Shown here: in pieces, positions 47,191 to 59,863 of the stretch | How positions within the stretch are numbered: position 1 is the first letter of the stretch | Layout of the letters: every line of letters begins with the position of its first letter | From: Eledone cirrhosa | Taxonomy: Eukaryota | Direction: 5' to 3' | Length of the DNA stretch: 64,000 bases | NCBI GenBank assembly: GCA_964016885.1 | Contig: OZ024742.1 | Location: 149,172,001-149,236,000 of the forward strand | The notes under the pieces: generated by a model | Told to the model about the DNA's origin: nothing | The model's input: the letters and a program-made list of their open reading frames with translations, nothing else | Database searches by the model: none | Made by a program: the position numbers and the translations under genes

Positions 47191-50100
47191 CTGTGAAAAG
47201 AAAAAAAAATATTGCTTAAATATAATATGCAAGAATAACTTTCCATTAATTCAACACATCACAACTCGAGCCCTCATAAGTGCTCCAAATGCTAGGCCCC
47301 TATCACTCTCAACATAACTAGAACTGCATTCCTACGACTGGCCTTTATTTTCAGGGCTGGAAAATACTTCAACTTCTAACAGTTAATGAAACTTGACAAA
47401 GTTCATTTGAGACCAACGGTGGAGTACTGCTCCCACTGGCATCCTAGACCACACCCAGAAAAAAGTCACTTGACTCACACTCTCCAACCTCTACCTTACA
47501 GTTGTACTGTCTTCTACCATTACTACAATGATTTCTGCACCTTGGAGCTTACTGAACTCGTGCCACTTTCACTCGAGCATTTCTGATGATCTCCTTTCAT
47601 CAACCATGTTGCGTCTATCCCACACTAATCACCACACCCAGTCTTTCCCCCACTAATCACCACACCCAGTCTATCCCACACTAATCACCACACCCAGTCT
47701 TTCCCCCACTAATCACCACACCCAGTCTATCCCCCACTAATCACCACACCCACTCTATCCCACACCCAGTCTTTCCTCCATCAGAACGTCAGTCTTCTGG
47801 AACTAGTTTTTCCGCAACAGTATCAATCTCTCTGGTCTTGGAGTGTGGGCACTGCCTCTTCCTCCAGACCTGCCAAATAAAAAAAAAAATCACTTTTTGT
47901 AATGGGACTGGGCATAGTTGATTCAATTATAATAGAAGACCAAGTTATGGGTCATAATCGTTTATCCATTTGATTTGATTTCCTTAGGCTGGCATGGGCT
48001 AGATCAATTATTCTGAGGTAGTTTATGCTAAAAGATTGCAATTTGCACCAACATTCTGATATTTTCCTGATAACTTAACTTCTACTTAAGTTCATTTGTC
48101 TACTCATTCATAGGAGTAGAGTGATTGCTATTCTGGTGCATAACTGAATATGGTAGGATAAATGTAATAAGTTGTATTAGAATGTACAAAAAAACAATTG
48201 GCAACATTTCAGGAGTTTTTGCACCATTTTATAGTTTATTTCTTACCTGTTTGTTATGTTTTTTGAGAAATGTGATAAAAAAACGTCCAAATTTAGTATT
48301 TGAATGATGTTCAGAAGTGGTTACCTTCTTCAGCCACTGTAGTATTTGAGAAAGCTGGTCTGGTGATAATTCCAACTATAAAAATATTAAAGCTTACAAA
48401 AAGTATTTCATTACCAACAACTTTTGCTAGATTACAATTGTGATTATATTAGACTAGCATAATAAAATAATGATTTTTAATTTAGGCACAGGGCCAACAA
48501 TTTTTTGGGAAAGGGGGAAAGTAGATTATATTGATCCCAATACTTTGCTTTTCATCCTTCCAAGGTTAATAAAATAAAGTTGACCTCAGCAGGATTTGAA
48601 GTCAGAAAGTCACAATTACTGAAACACATTTTATCTGACATTCTACTGATATTGCCAATCCAGCTCCTAGTTTAATATGTAAACTAAATTATGTTTGATG
48701 CACAATAAAATGTACTCAGCCCTCACTGGAATGTAGAAGTGCTGATGTCACGGTAAAATGGTAGTCCTAGTGCGAAAAAAGCACCCATTTGATCCTGTCA
48801 GGTGGTAGTGGTGGTGCCATGAGAAAACAAACTCAGTACATGATGCAAAGTGGTTGGCATTAAGAGGGGCATCCTGCCATAGAACCCATGCTAAAATGAA
48901 ATGTATGAGCAAGACAGTCATCTGACCTGCCTGTCTAACCCATGCAAATGTAGGTAACTAGTGAACCCACTAGAAAACTAGTCTTTTTATTTCTATTGTA
49001 ATGAATGACACTACCAATAAAGAGGGTACAGATAACAATGTTGGGTAATTTTGTTCATATTCAGATGCTAACAAAAAAATGAATCCTTTTAATACCAACT
49101 TGCTCCAAATTGGCTCTGGTTCTATTAAACAACATGATCCATTTTAAAAGGTTCCAACATAATTTTATATAAGAATCTTTAGTTATGTTACAAACACCAG
49201 GGGCCTATAGGGCATTTCACAAATGCCCACAGGCCAACCTGCCTCTGCCCTCCACATTATTAATTAATTGAAATACAGTGTATTTTATTAGGAATATGGT
49301 TATGAAAGGATTAATAAAATATATGAAAAAAATAAGTCCCCTAAAAAAACTGCTGGGCATTGTCAGCATCAAAGCACACTGTTTCTGTTTTACTTTGGTT
49401 ATTGTTAGACTACGGATTACATCATATGGTCTATGAAATATTACAATTGAAATTGAGTTAGAAATAGCTTTTACCATCAATTCATTGTACATCAATACTC
49501 TTCCTTTTCCATTTAGAGGGTTTTAAACCCCACTATCAGGCTAATTTTCTTTAGTCATAATACAGCAAAAGAAAACACTTGCTTTGTTATTACAATTGAT
49601 ATTTTATTCCTCATAATACTATACTTGGCTCACAAATCCTATTCTTCAGTCACATCATGAAGGTAGCAGGTGTAAATACAAAGGTCTAAATTTGCAAAAA
49701 CCTTTTTAGTTTTTAAACCAATAGCACTATTCAAAATGGATGTAAAACACACACACTTACCTTTCCATCTAGAAGATTCTCCAACAATAACAGAATTCCA
49801 GGTTCAATAGGAGGACAACTTTTGGACAACTGCCTGTAAAATAAACATTGTTACATACAAGGACATTTTGGATTTTTCCCCTCAAATTGCACTTCCTCTA
49901 AACCAGCTAGTTGTATACTACTTCCAGTTTGACTCATGTTTTGATTACTCAATCAATAAAAATGAATTCCTTAGATGTCAAGTTTTGTATGAGAGGGTTT
50001 ATTGTTAAATGAATCGATACCTGATTACTCCTGGTGTTTTATTAAACTTTCCAAATTATGAAACTGAGATAATATATGGTTGGGACAAAACCAAATACTG

Positions 50101-53100
50101 TAAATAGTAAAGTAAGCACTAAAATACTTAATGGAGAGATCCAAGAAATTTTTATTAATTAAAAATTACATTTTTAGTGAGGAAAAATAATTATTTTAAT
50201 AATTCTGGTCAAGAAAGGCAACCCCCTCCCCACCCACTTTAAATTAAAAATAGAATATAGTATAGAGTGAATCTTGGTGAAGCATGGATGAGTTGAGAGA
50301 AACTGGGTGATGATGATAATGAAGGAAATCTATATTTTGTTGGTTAATGAGTAATAGTATAGGAGTATTGTGTTAAGTTCTATTCATGTAGATTATTGTA
50401 CAATGCTGGTAGGCCAGCATATATGGAAAGGAGAATACAAAATATGACATTAATTTGGTAAAACTTACTCAAGAAGGTAGAGTCTAGTATTTGTTGTAAA
50501 GGCATCCTTACTGACAGTGGTCATCAGCTTGGCTTGAGGTATATCTGAAATTTAATGTTAGAAAGTTTCATAGGTTCAGTCTTCCTATCAGTGGTTCCCA
50601 AATAGTGCACTGCAGTATGTTTATGTGCAGCAAGATGTAGATTAGTGTAGCACAAGACCAGTGCACCACAAAGATAATAAAACTGTATTTAAAGAATGAG
50701 AGATACATCAACTGAAATGTTAAACATGAACTGCCAGGTGAGCTAGGGGCATGTATAATATTTACATATGTTCTTGTACTCTTATCAATTGCTCTGCTGG
50801 GTTAGGGGCCTAAAATATGATCCTGCACTCTACCAAGTGCATTTTATCATGGCACCAACACTAGGAAAGTTGTCAGGTCTTTGATACAGCTGAAGTGTCT
50901 ACCCAACCTTTTGTTCAGAAAGGATTCTATGGCTAGGTGCTCTTCCTACCATCAACTGCTTTACAGAGTGTACTGAGTACATTTATTGTGTCGATCACCA
51001 ACATTAAAGAGGTTGTCTTGCCCGACACAACTAAAGAGTCCTCTCGATTCTTTTAGCATGGTTTCTACAGTGAAATGCTCTTCCTATTGCCAATCACTTT
51101 ACAAGGTGTACTAGGTGCATTCTTTTTGGAGGGAGAAAGAGGTTAGCAGGTTAACTGCAACTGAACCATACCAGATACTGGGTAACAGAGCCTCTACATG
51201 ATTGCTGGAACGGCTAGACACAGCAGCCAAATCTCTTTCAAATCAAAACTGTGCTATCTTAAAAAAGAAATGACATAGATATGTAATTATAAATATACAA
51301 AGTCACAACTAGAATACCTGAAATCTTGGGGCAGCTGAATCGAAGTTAAAAAATATGGTTAATTCTGGATGTCCAATCCTTGCAAACATGGAAAAGTGGA
51401 TGTAAAATGGTGATGGTTAGGATGATGATGATCTGCCCAAAGCTAAATGAACACCAAATAGTCCAAAATTACGATCCTTTGTCAAACCCATATGCTTTCT
51501 CTAGGGATTTAATTTCAATTTAATTTAGAGTAAAATTAAAATCATAGTTAATTAGTGTATTATATATATATCTAGTGTCTTAGTAAGAACTGAGGATGGC
51601 TAAAGGGAGTGGTTTGCAGTCATCATATGAGTTTGCCAAGGATGTCTGCCATCTCCAATTCTCTTTGCTTTGGCTATTGACTGGATTCTCAAAAGGGCAA
51701 CAGAAGTTAAGAGGATTGACTGGCTAGAGGATCAGGAGCTCTCAGACCTTGACTTTGCAGATGATACTGTGGCCATGGCCACAAAAACATCTGACTTGCA
51801 GTATCTGATAGATGAGATAGGCACATCTGCAGCCAGCATCGGTCTTCCACATCAGTGTCAAAAAGACCAAGAACATGATGGTGTACATCCATCACCAACA
51901 AACGTCTGCATCAATCAGAAGGATGTGGAGGTGGTGGATGACTTCACCTACTTCAGAAGCTCTATCAACAGAAGTGGGGACATGGGGAAAAAATTGATTG
52001 CAGAACAGGCAAAGCATCAGCTGCCTTTAAGCAACTCAACAATATCTTTGGAGAAGCAAAACATGGAGTGTGAAGACCAACCAAAAGAACTAATTAGATG
52101 CTTTTGGTACCAAATGCCTATAGAAAATCCTTGGCATCAGGTGGGATGACTTCATCATTAACAAAGAAATCTATTAACTGACCCACCAACAACATGTCTA
52201 ACATCATGTGCAAGTGGCTGGTCAAGACACATCACATGACTACCAAGTGAGAGACATGCTAATCAAGTCCAATATTGGTCCCTAATGGAAAGTAGCAAAG
52301 AGGACATCCCAAGATGAACTAGTAGCAGACAATTGACAGACCTGAAACAATGTATAAATAGATGCAGCTGACTGTGCTCATTGGAGCACTTTAGCTGCCT
52401 TATGCATCTTAAGATGCTGGAGCTTCTAAATCTGTCTATCAGTAAGGTGGTGAGTTGTCAGAGTCATTAGAATGCCTTGTTCTGGCTCTCACTGCTTTAT
52501 GTTCAAATCTCACTAAAGTCATTTTTGCTTTTTATCCTTATGGAGTTAATAAATAAAGTATCAGTCAAATACTGGAGCCATTCTTCTCAGAATTGGTTAC
52601 ATTGTACTGCAAGAAGGTTTATGGAGGATCACTTATAGTGTTACTTCTCCAGAAATGGAGAAAAGGTGAGTGAGGGGCTAGTAGCTTTTTCTCATAGGAA
52701 AACTGGTATGTTATTGGAACTGTCCAAGGACAGTCTGATATTTGACCGACTTTGGGAATTTTGGTAAAATAAAAGTAAACATTTTTCATGATCTACATGA
52801 TAAATACACCCAGTACACTTTGTAAAGTGGTTGGGGATAGGAAGGGCTTCCAGCTACAGAAAACCTGTCAAACAAAGGGTTGGTGGGACCTTCAGCTGTA
52901 CATCCCTAGTGCTAGATGCATGATAAAATGCATTCAGTCGAGCACTTACTTATAAGCGAAATGCAGAGGTCAATAGCTCAATTTGAATATTGACAGTCTG
53001 TGAAGATCAGTCCAACCCTTGCTAGCAGGGAAGATGGACATTAAATGATGACAATGATGATAATGATGAAGACCATGATGATGGATCCTTCAATGATTTT

Positions 53101-56100
53101 TACTGTGAGAAGATAAGCAAATTTACCAATCTTTTTCGCCTCTGCACAAGGAATTATGACTCCATCCACAAATGGCTTGGGAAACTGTTGGCTAAAAGTA
53201 ACAACTGCAGAAACAACGTGTCTGGAATTTTGTTTGGACTGCATCACAAACTATAAAAGAAATACAAAATAAAAACAAAAACATAACATTGTTTTTTCAA
53301 TTGACAAACACAGTAACCTCTGTAAAGTGGTTGGTAAAATAGACGTTAAGCTCCTTTTGAGTCAAGGCTGACTTGATTTTAATGAATCAGTTGAGGTGCT
53401 TTCCTTTTTCTTATATGACTGATGTTAATTGGAAGGAATAAATATCAGTTTCATTTTTCTACCTTTATAAACTTGTGGCTTTCTTTCTAAACAAGAAACG
53501 TTACATACATACACACTCCCATATATATATATATATACATGTGTTTTATGTATGTGTGTGTACATTTCTTGACAATGCCTAACATGGCATATAGCATCAG
53601 CGCATCAAACAGGGCCAAACTAAATAGATACAGACCCAATGGTCTAATAAACATGACCACAGAACCAAACTGCAACTGCTGCCATTTGATTCCAAATGCC
53701 TAACTACTAATGTAGTCTAGAAATATGAAGTCCTAACTAGTACACAGAAAAAGGCATACATAGGTATGACAGCTAACCGTTTTAAACTCCATTGCATGCA
53801 ACATAGATACTTCTTCTGGCATCCATAGAGAACGTCTATAACAAGCCACTTATGCAAAATAGACACCCTACCAACTGCACTGCACCATCATCACCAAGGT
53901 GGTCCTTGTATCTTGTGCTTGGCTGAGGCACTCTGCTTTCAGTTTGAGAAGGACCCACTACTGAAATCATAGCTCTGCCGCAAATTAACGCATAATCCTG
54001 GTAGCTAATGAACCAAACTCTACTGCTACGAGGTCTCCAAACTACCTGGCAACTTAAGCTTGCACGGTGGCTTCTACCTGGACTCTTACTCCCACAAGGA
54101 ATCCACCCATGTATCCCCTTCCCTCCACTTACCACATCTTAAGAAAAACTAAACTTCACAGCAGAAATGACTAAAGATCGCGAAGGCTGACTCTATGCGG
54201 TGCTGAAGAAGACGCAACCTGCAACATACAATGTGGCTTGAACACCCCCTCCCATGACTGCTCACCAAGTGCCATCCTCAACACCACTATAATCCCTCTC
54301 CGTGAACAACCCACGCACGTTCCTAGCTGTTGCTCCCTTGTGAAGTGGTTGGTGATGAGAAGGGCAACAAAGGGTTGGGAGGACCCTTCAGTCATGTCAA
54401 GGCATGACAGCCTCCCAAGTCTTTGTTGATCTACACAATAAATGCAACTAGTACATGCTGAAAAGTGGTTGGTGACAGGAAGGGTATCTAGCCATAGAAA
54501 GCTTGCCAAACAAAGGGTCAGGAGGATCCTTCCATCATGTCAAGGCATGACAGCCCCCTTAGTGTTTGTTGATCTACACGATAAACACACTCATACTATT
54601 TCCTTATCTTAATTCATAGCCTTGTTGACACACCTACCATTTTCTATTCCCTCCTTTCCTTCATTCTCCTCGTTTATTTTAGACCAGTACAACATGTCTT
54701 GACAGATTTTCACAATATACCCCTGACAATCTGCCACTACCAGTGGCTGAAAGAACTGACCAGCCTCAACAAGTGACCTAATTCTACACATTCCCCCAAA
54801 TTGCTTCCTACATAAATACGAGAAAGATTCTTCATACCCCAGTATACCCTTGAGAAGTCTTGCTACAAACAAGCCGAAAATGCTAGGCATAGTGGTTAGG
54901 TTAATAACTTCCTCTATTTATAAATATTATATATAATAGCAGCCAGTCCAACTTGTGGTGTTCATATTGGTGATAGAAAAAAAGTTCCCAGAACATGTTG
55001 TAAGGTGGTTGGTATTAGGAAAGGTATCCAGTCTTAGAAAAGCAAGCCAAAATCAGATCAAATGAGTGAGACATGATTATCTGAACTGTCGGGCCTCACA
55101 ACACGACAACCAGTCTAACCGATGTAAGCCTGCGGAAATAGATATTAAACAGTGATAATGATGATGGTGTGTGTAAGGTTGCTTGTTTTAAGACCGTTTT
55201 CCCTGCTAAAACAGAGGCTAGCCTTGCAGGCTTCATGACAGGATCTTTTCGAGGCAAATGTTTTACAACTAGACACTCTTCCTGGCATCAACTATTTTAG
55301 TCATCTCTTACAACACACAAATATGGTGAACCTATTCATTTACTTGAAGCTAGTCTTTTCGTCCACCATTTCTGAGTTTCATGTTTCTGCTTGTCACTGA
55401 ACAAATTCTAATATAAATTTCATTTGTGTTGAAAAGCCAATACACAAAACTCAGAATAGCAGCTGCATGTACATATGAATACAGATGTGTGTGACATAAA
55501 TGACTGGGTAGTTTGAGGCAACATTGAAGTCTTTAAGTAATGGTCCAAACATCAGCTTACTAATGAATAACCTAGTTATTTTATTAAATTCCTCCAAATT
55601 TTTAATTATTTTCAAAATTAATTGAAACCCATAGGCAGTGGATTTTATTGGAAATATGGAAACAAAAGGGTTAACCTGGCAACTTAGAATGAGAATTTTC
55701 AATTTTTTAAACATTTAGATCATTATGGAAAATGAATTGTTGATGAAAATATTTCTATAGTTTGATGCTAGCTGTGAAGTAGGAAAGAGTAGTATTTTTG
55801 AGTAGTTCTATGCTACAACAAGAACCAGTTTTAAGGAGTGACTTACACTGGATCCCACATAGAAAGTAGATATCTCGTATACAGTGGGCTAGTTTGAGCA
55901 TGCAGTATTAATTTTACTGGGTTAAATGTTCTGTTGATGACAGTGACAAGAACAATGGCAAGTTGAAATTGGTCAATGTGTAAGAGTCTTGATTCATTGC
56001 ATGTGATTGAACTCCAAGCTTTGGATTTAATTTGGGTGTGATGCTAATGATGTGTTTATCTGTATGTAAGAATTAAAAAAAACAACTTATTTGTTTGTTT

Positions 56101-59100
56101 TTTACTTGTCATATTGCAGTATATTACAATAATAATGAAAATTATCATGTACAGTGCTGAGGTGCACTATAACTCCTCAAATATGCATGTATAGTACATA
56201 AAATAATGTACAAATGTCAGGAAAGTGAACAGTGTATGAGTCATGATAGACATACAGATACACATATATGCATGCGTGTGCATGGAGGAGGAATATCAGG
56301 TGTAGCGTTGGTGAATTACAATGAGATCTTCTTACCCTAGGTAGTATACACTCTTTGGCCACAACTAGACTGTTGGCATAGCTCATCTGATTGCCAACTT
56401 CAGAAAAATGTTTACAGACCACAGCAAAGGATGAATCTGGCAGGGACTCAACATCCAACATATGACAGATTTGGTGTACCTAATTAAAAATAAATATATA
56501 AATGAACAATAAAAAATAAAACAAACATGAATCTGTGAAAAATTGTTCGGAAACAAACTTATTTGAATTTTTGATTCACAATGTTTGAAAGTTTATATCA
56601 AAATTTATTTTGTCAAACCAACAAATGCACAAAGACGGGTGGCATCCCAATTACACTAATGACTTTTTTGCATAATGTCATTGTAATATTTATACATCAT
56701 CTGGATAAATATTTCTCTTCCTAATTTTACTAGATTTATATGGTGGTATACATTTTGAAGTTTCTGATGACCCAATTGCATTTGAAAAGTAATATACATA
56801 AGGATGATTTCATTTTTATAAGGATTTGATTCCATATATTGATATCTTACTATGATAAAAAACAAAAGAAAAAAATTACACATCCCTATCTGCTGTTGGT
56901 GAAACATGTGTAAAACTAATAAAATGAAATAATTCTACCAATACCCTTGGTTTATTATTTACTATTCATGCTCTGTGAAATTACATTCATACAATTATTG
57001 GATTTACTCTCTGGATTATGCCTTGGAAATATTTGCTCTTCATGGTTGTGGATTGTACAAACACATTGAGTTTTAAATCTTCTTGTCAATAAAGTTGATC
57101 CCTCAACTTGTTTCATCATTGTTTAATGTCCATTATCCATGCTAGCATGGGTAGGATGGACTGTTCCTTTGTGAGGGATCAGGTCGGGGGACCGTGAATT
57201 CACACAGAACTAATTTTGGCTTGCTTTCTACAGCTGGATACCTTTACTAATGCTAACCACATTTACAGTGTGGGCTATATACTTTTTGCTGTGATGCCTA
57301 CATGACCACCTTAGTGTAAACTGGGTGCTTTTTGTCATGACACCTACATGACCACTATAGTGTGGGCTGGTTTCTTTTATGGTATATATATATAGGTCAT
57401 ACCAATAGAAAGCATAAGGACTGGTTCAATGAAAATAATGCAGTGATCCAGACCTTGCTTGAAGAGAAACAAAAAGTGCTGACATTATTGTTGTGTGAGA
57501 CACGTTCTGACAGGAGTGACCGGACCTTCAGGCAGATCAAGACACATGTGCAACATCGATTGAGAGCCATGCAGGATTCCTGGTGGAACAAAAAGGCTGA
57601 TGAAATCCAGAAGGCCTCAGATAGACATGATACAAAGCTCTTATACAGTCTGCTCAGGGAGGTGTATGGACTGACCGGTCCACAAGTATCACCACTTTGC
57701 TACAGGGATGGCAAGGAATTGCTCAGGAAATTCTGATCAGATGGCATGACCACTTTGATGAGCTTCTCAACCAACCATCAGAAATTGATGATGAGTTCAT
57801 CCGGTCGATTCCATCCAGACCTACAAAGCTGGCAATGGCTGATCCTTCATTTGATGAGGTGGCAAAGGCCATTGAGAAATTAAACAGCGGCAAGTCACCT
57901 GGAATGGATGGACCGAGTGCCGAGATTTCAAGTGTGCTGGTGATAACTTCTTAAACCGCCTCACTGATCTCTTTGTGAATGTTTGGAATGAAGATGTACA
58001 ACAGGACTGGAAAGATGCATTGATGGTGGTACTTTACAAAGCAAAGGGAGCCAAAGATGACTGTGGCAGCTACAGAGGTATCTCACTGCTATCTGTGGCT
58101 GGGAAGATCTTGTGCAGGATTTTGTTGGACAGATTAATACAGCACATTGCTGTTGAGGTACTTCCTGAGTCCCAATGTGGCTTTAGGAATGACAGAGGCA
58201 CTGTTGACATGATCTTCTCGACCAAACAACTTCAAGAGAAATGCATTGAGCAGTGCATGGACTTATACCAAGGTTTTGTCGATCTGACCAAGGCATTTGA
58301 CACCGTTAATCGGAAGGCTTTGTGGGTTATTTTGGAGAGATTGGGCTGTCCTGAAAAGTTTGTGAACATTCTGAAACTCTTCCACGATGACATGCAGGCA
58401 TGGGTGAATGTTGGAGGTAAACTGTCTGAGCCAATCTCGGTTGAAAATGGTGTCAAGCAGGGTGATATACCTGCACCAACTTTGTTTGCCTTGTATTTCG
58501 CAATGGTGTTCTTCATGGCCTCAAGGATTGTCAACACGGTATCTATCTCAGATATTGCACTTCCGGCAAGCTGTTTAACCTCAGGCGTCTCACTGCCAAC
58601 ACTAAGGTACTGAGTACCTTGATCAGAGAATTTTTATATGCAGATGATTGTGATCTCTTTGCACACTCCCAGAGTGACATGCAACACCTTGTGGATTCTT
58701 TTTCCAATGCGTGCAGTGCTTTGGGACTGACAATCAGTCTGAAGAAGACTGTCATTATGTACCAACCTGCTCTGGATAAAGTTTTCAATGAACCCTCCAT
58801 ATACGTATATGGTCAAAAGCTGAAGGCTGCTGACACATTTGTGTATTTGGGGAGTACTCTGAGTGGGGCCTGCTCTCTGGATGCAGAAGTTGGTCTACGT
58901 GTTAGTAAGGCAAGTGAGTCATTTGGAAGGCTCAACGACCGTCTTTGGTGCAGGCGAGGAATCACAATGAGGACCAAGGTGAGAGTGTATGCTGCATGTG
59001 TACTGTCAGCTTTGCTGTATGCAAATGAGACATGGGTTGCTTACAAACGGCATATCCACAGACTGGAACGGTTTCACCAGCAGTGTCTCAGAAAGATGCT

Positions 59101-59788
59101 CGGTATCAAGTGGCAGATGCAAGTGAGTAATGTTGAGGTCCTTGAGAGAAGTGAGTGTCGGAGCATTGAGAGTATCATCCACCAACACCATTTGCGGTGG
59201 ACTGGACACCTCTGCAGAATGGAGGATGATCGAATCCCAAAACAACTCTTGTATGGCGAGCTTTGTGAGGGTAAGAGACCACCTCACAAGCCAAGACTCC
59301 AATTCAAGGATTGTGTAAAGGACTTATTGAAAAAAACTGGTTTGATGATGGCTGACTGGGAGATAGAAGCTCTTGAAAGAGAAATTTGGCGTGGAATGGT
59401 AAATGATGGGGTCCATAATTTTGAAGACAGATGCATAGAGCACGAGAAGATCAAATGGGATGTGTGTAAGCAATGCCCTGGTGTATCTCTCGAAACGATC
59501 GGTGTCTCCATTGAATTGAAGTGCCCTGAGTGTGGAAAGATTTGCTTGAGCAAATCTGGTCTCAGGAGCCACAGTCGCAGCCATGTTCAAAGAGAACCAG
59601 TGAACTATGATCTCCACGGTGTTGTGAGGGTTCACAGGCAACCTGATGCAGGATCTCAAGCCAGGGAGATCCATAGTTGTCGTCAGTGTGTGAAGGAGTG
59701 CAAGCCTCTAGCAGGCTTGAAAAGCCATATCCGAACGTCACACATCTGAATCTGACAAGCGATTGCAATACTCTTGGCAGAGTTTGCA

Positions 59789-59863
<75 letters not shown>

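Noticed and set aside
49217-49495. 92-aa minus-strand ORF as a FANCE coding exon
   Set aside because: Phase is incompatible; the chain continues cleanly from 49761 to 48375.
54609-54890. 93-aa minus-strand ORF
   Set aside because: No recognisable domain or compatible splice sites; probably a decayed LINE 3' end.
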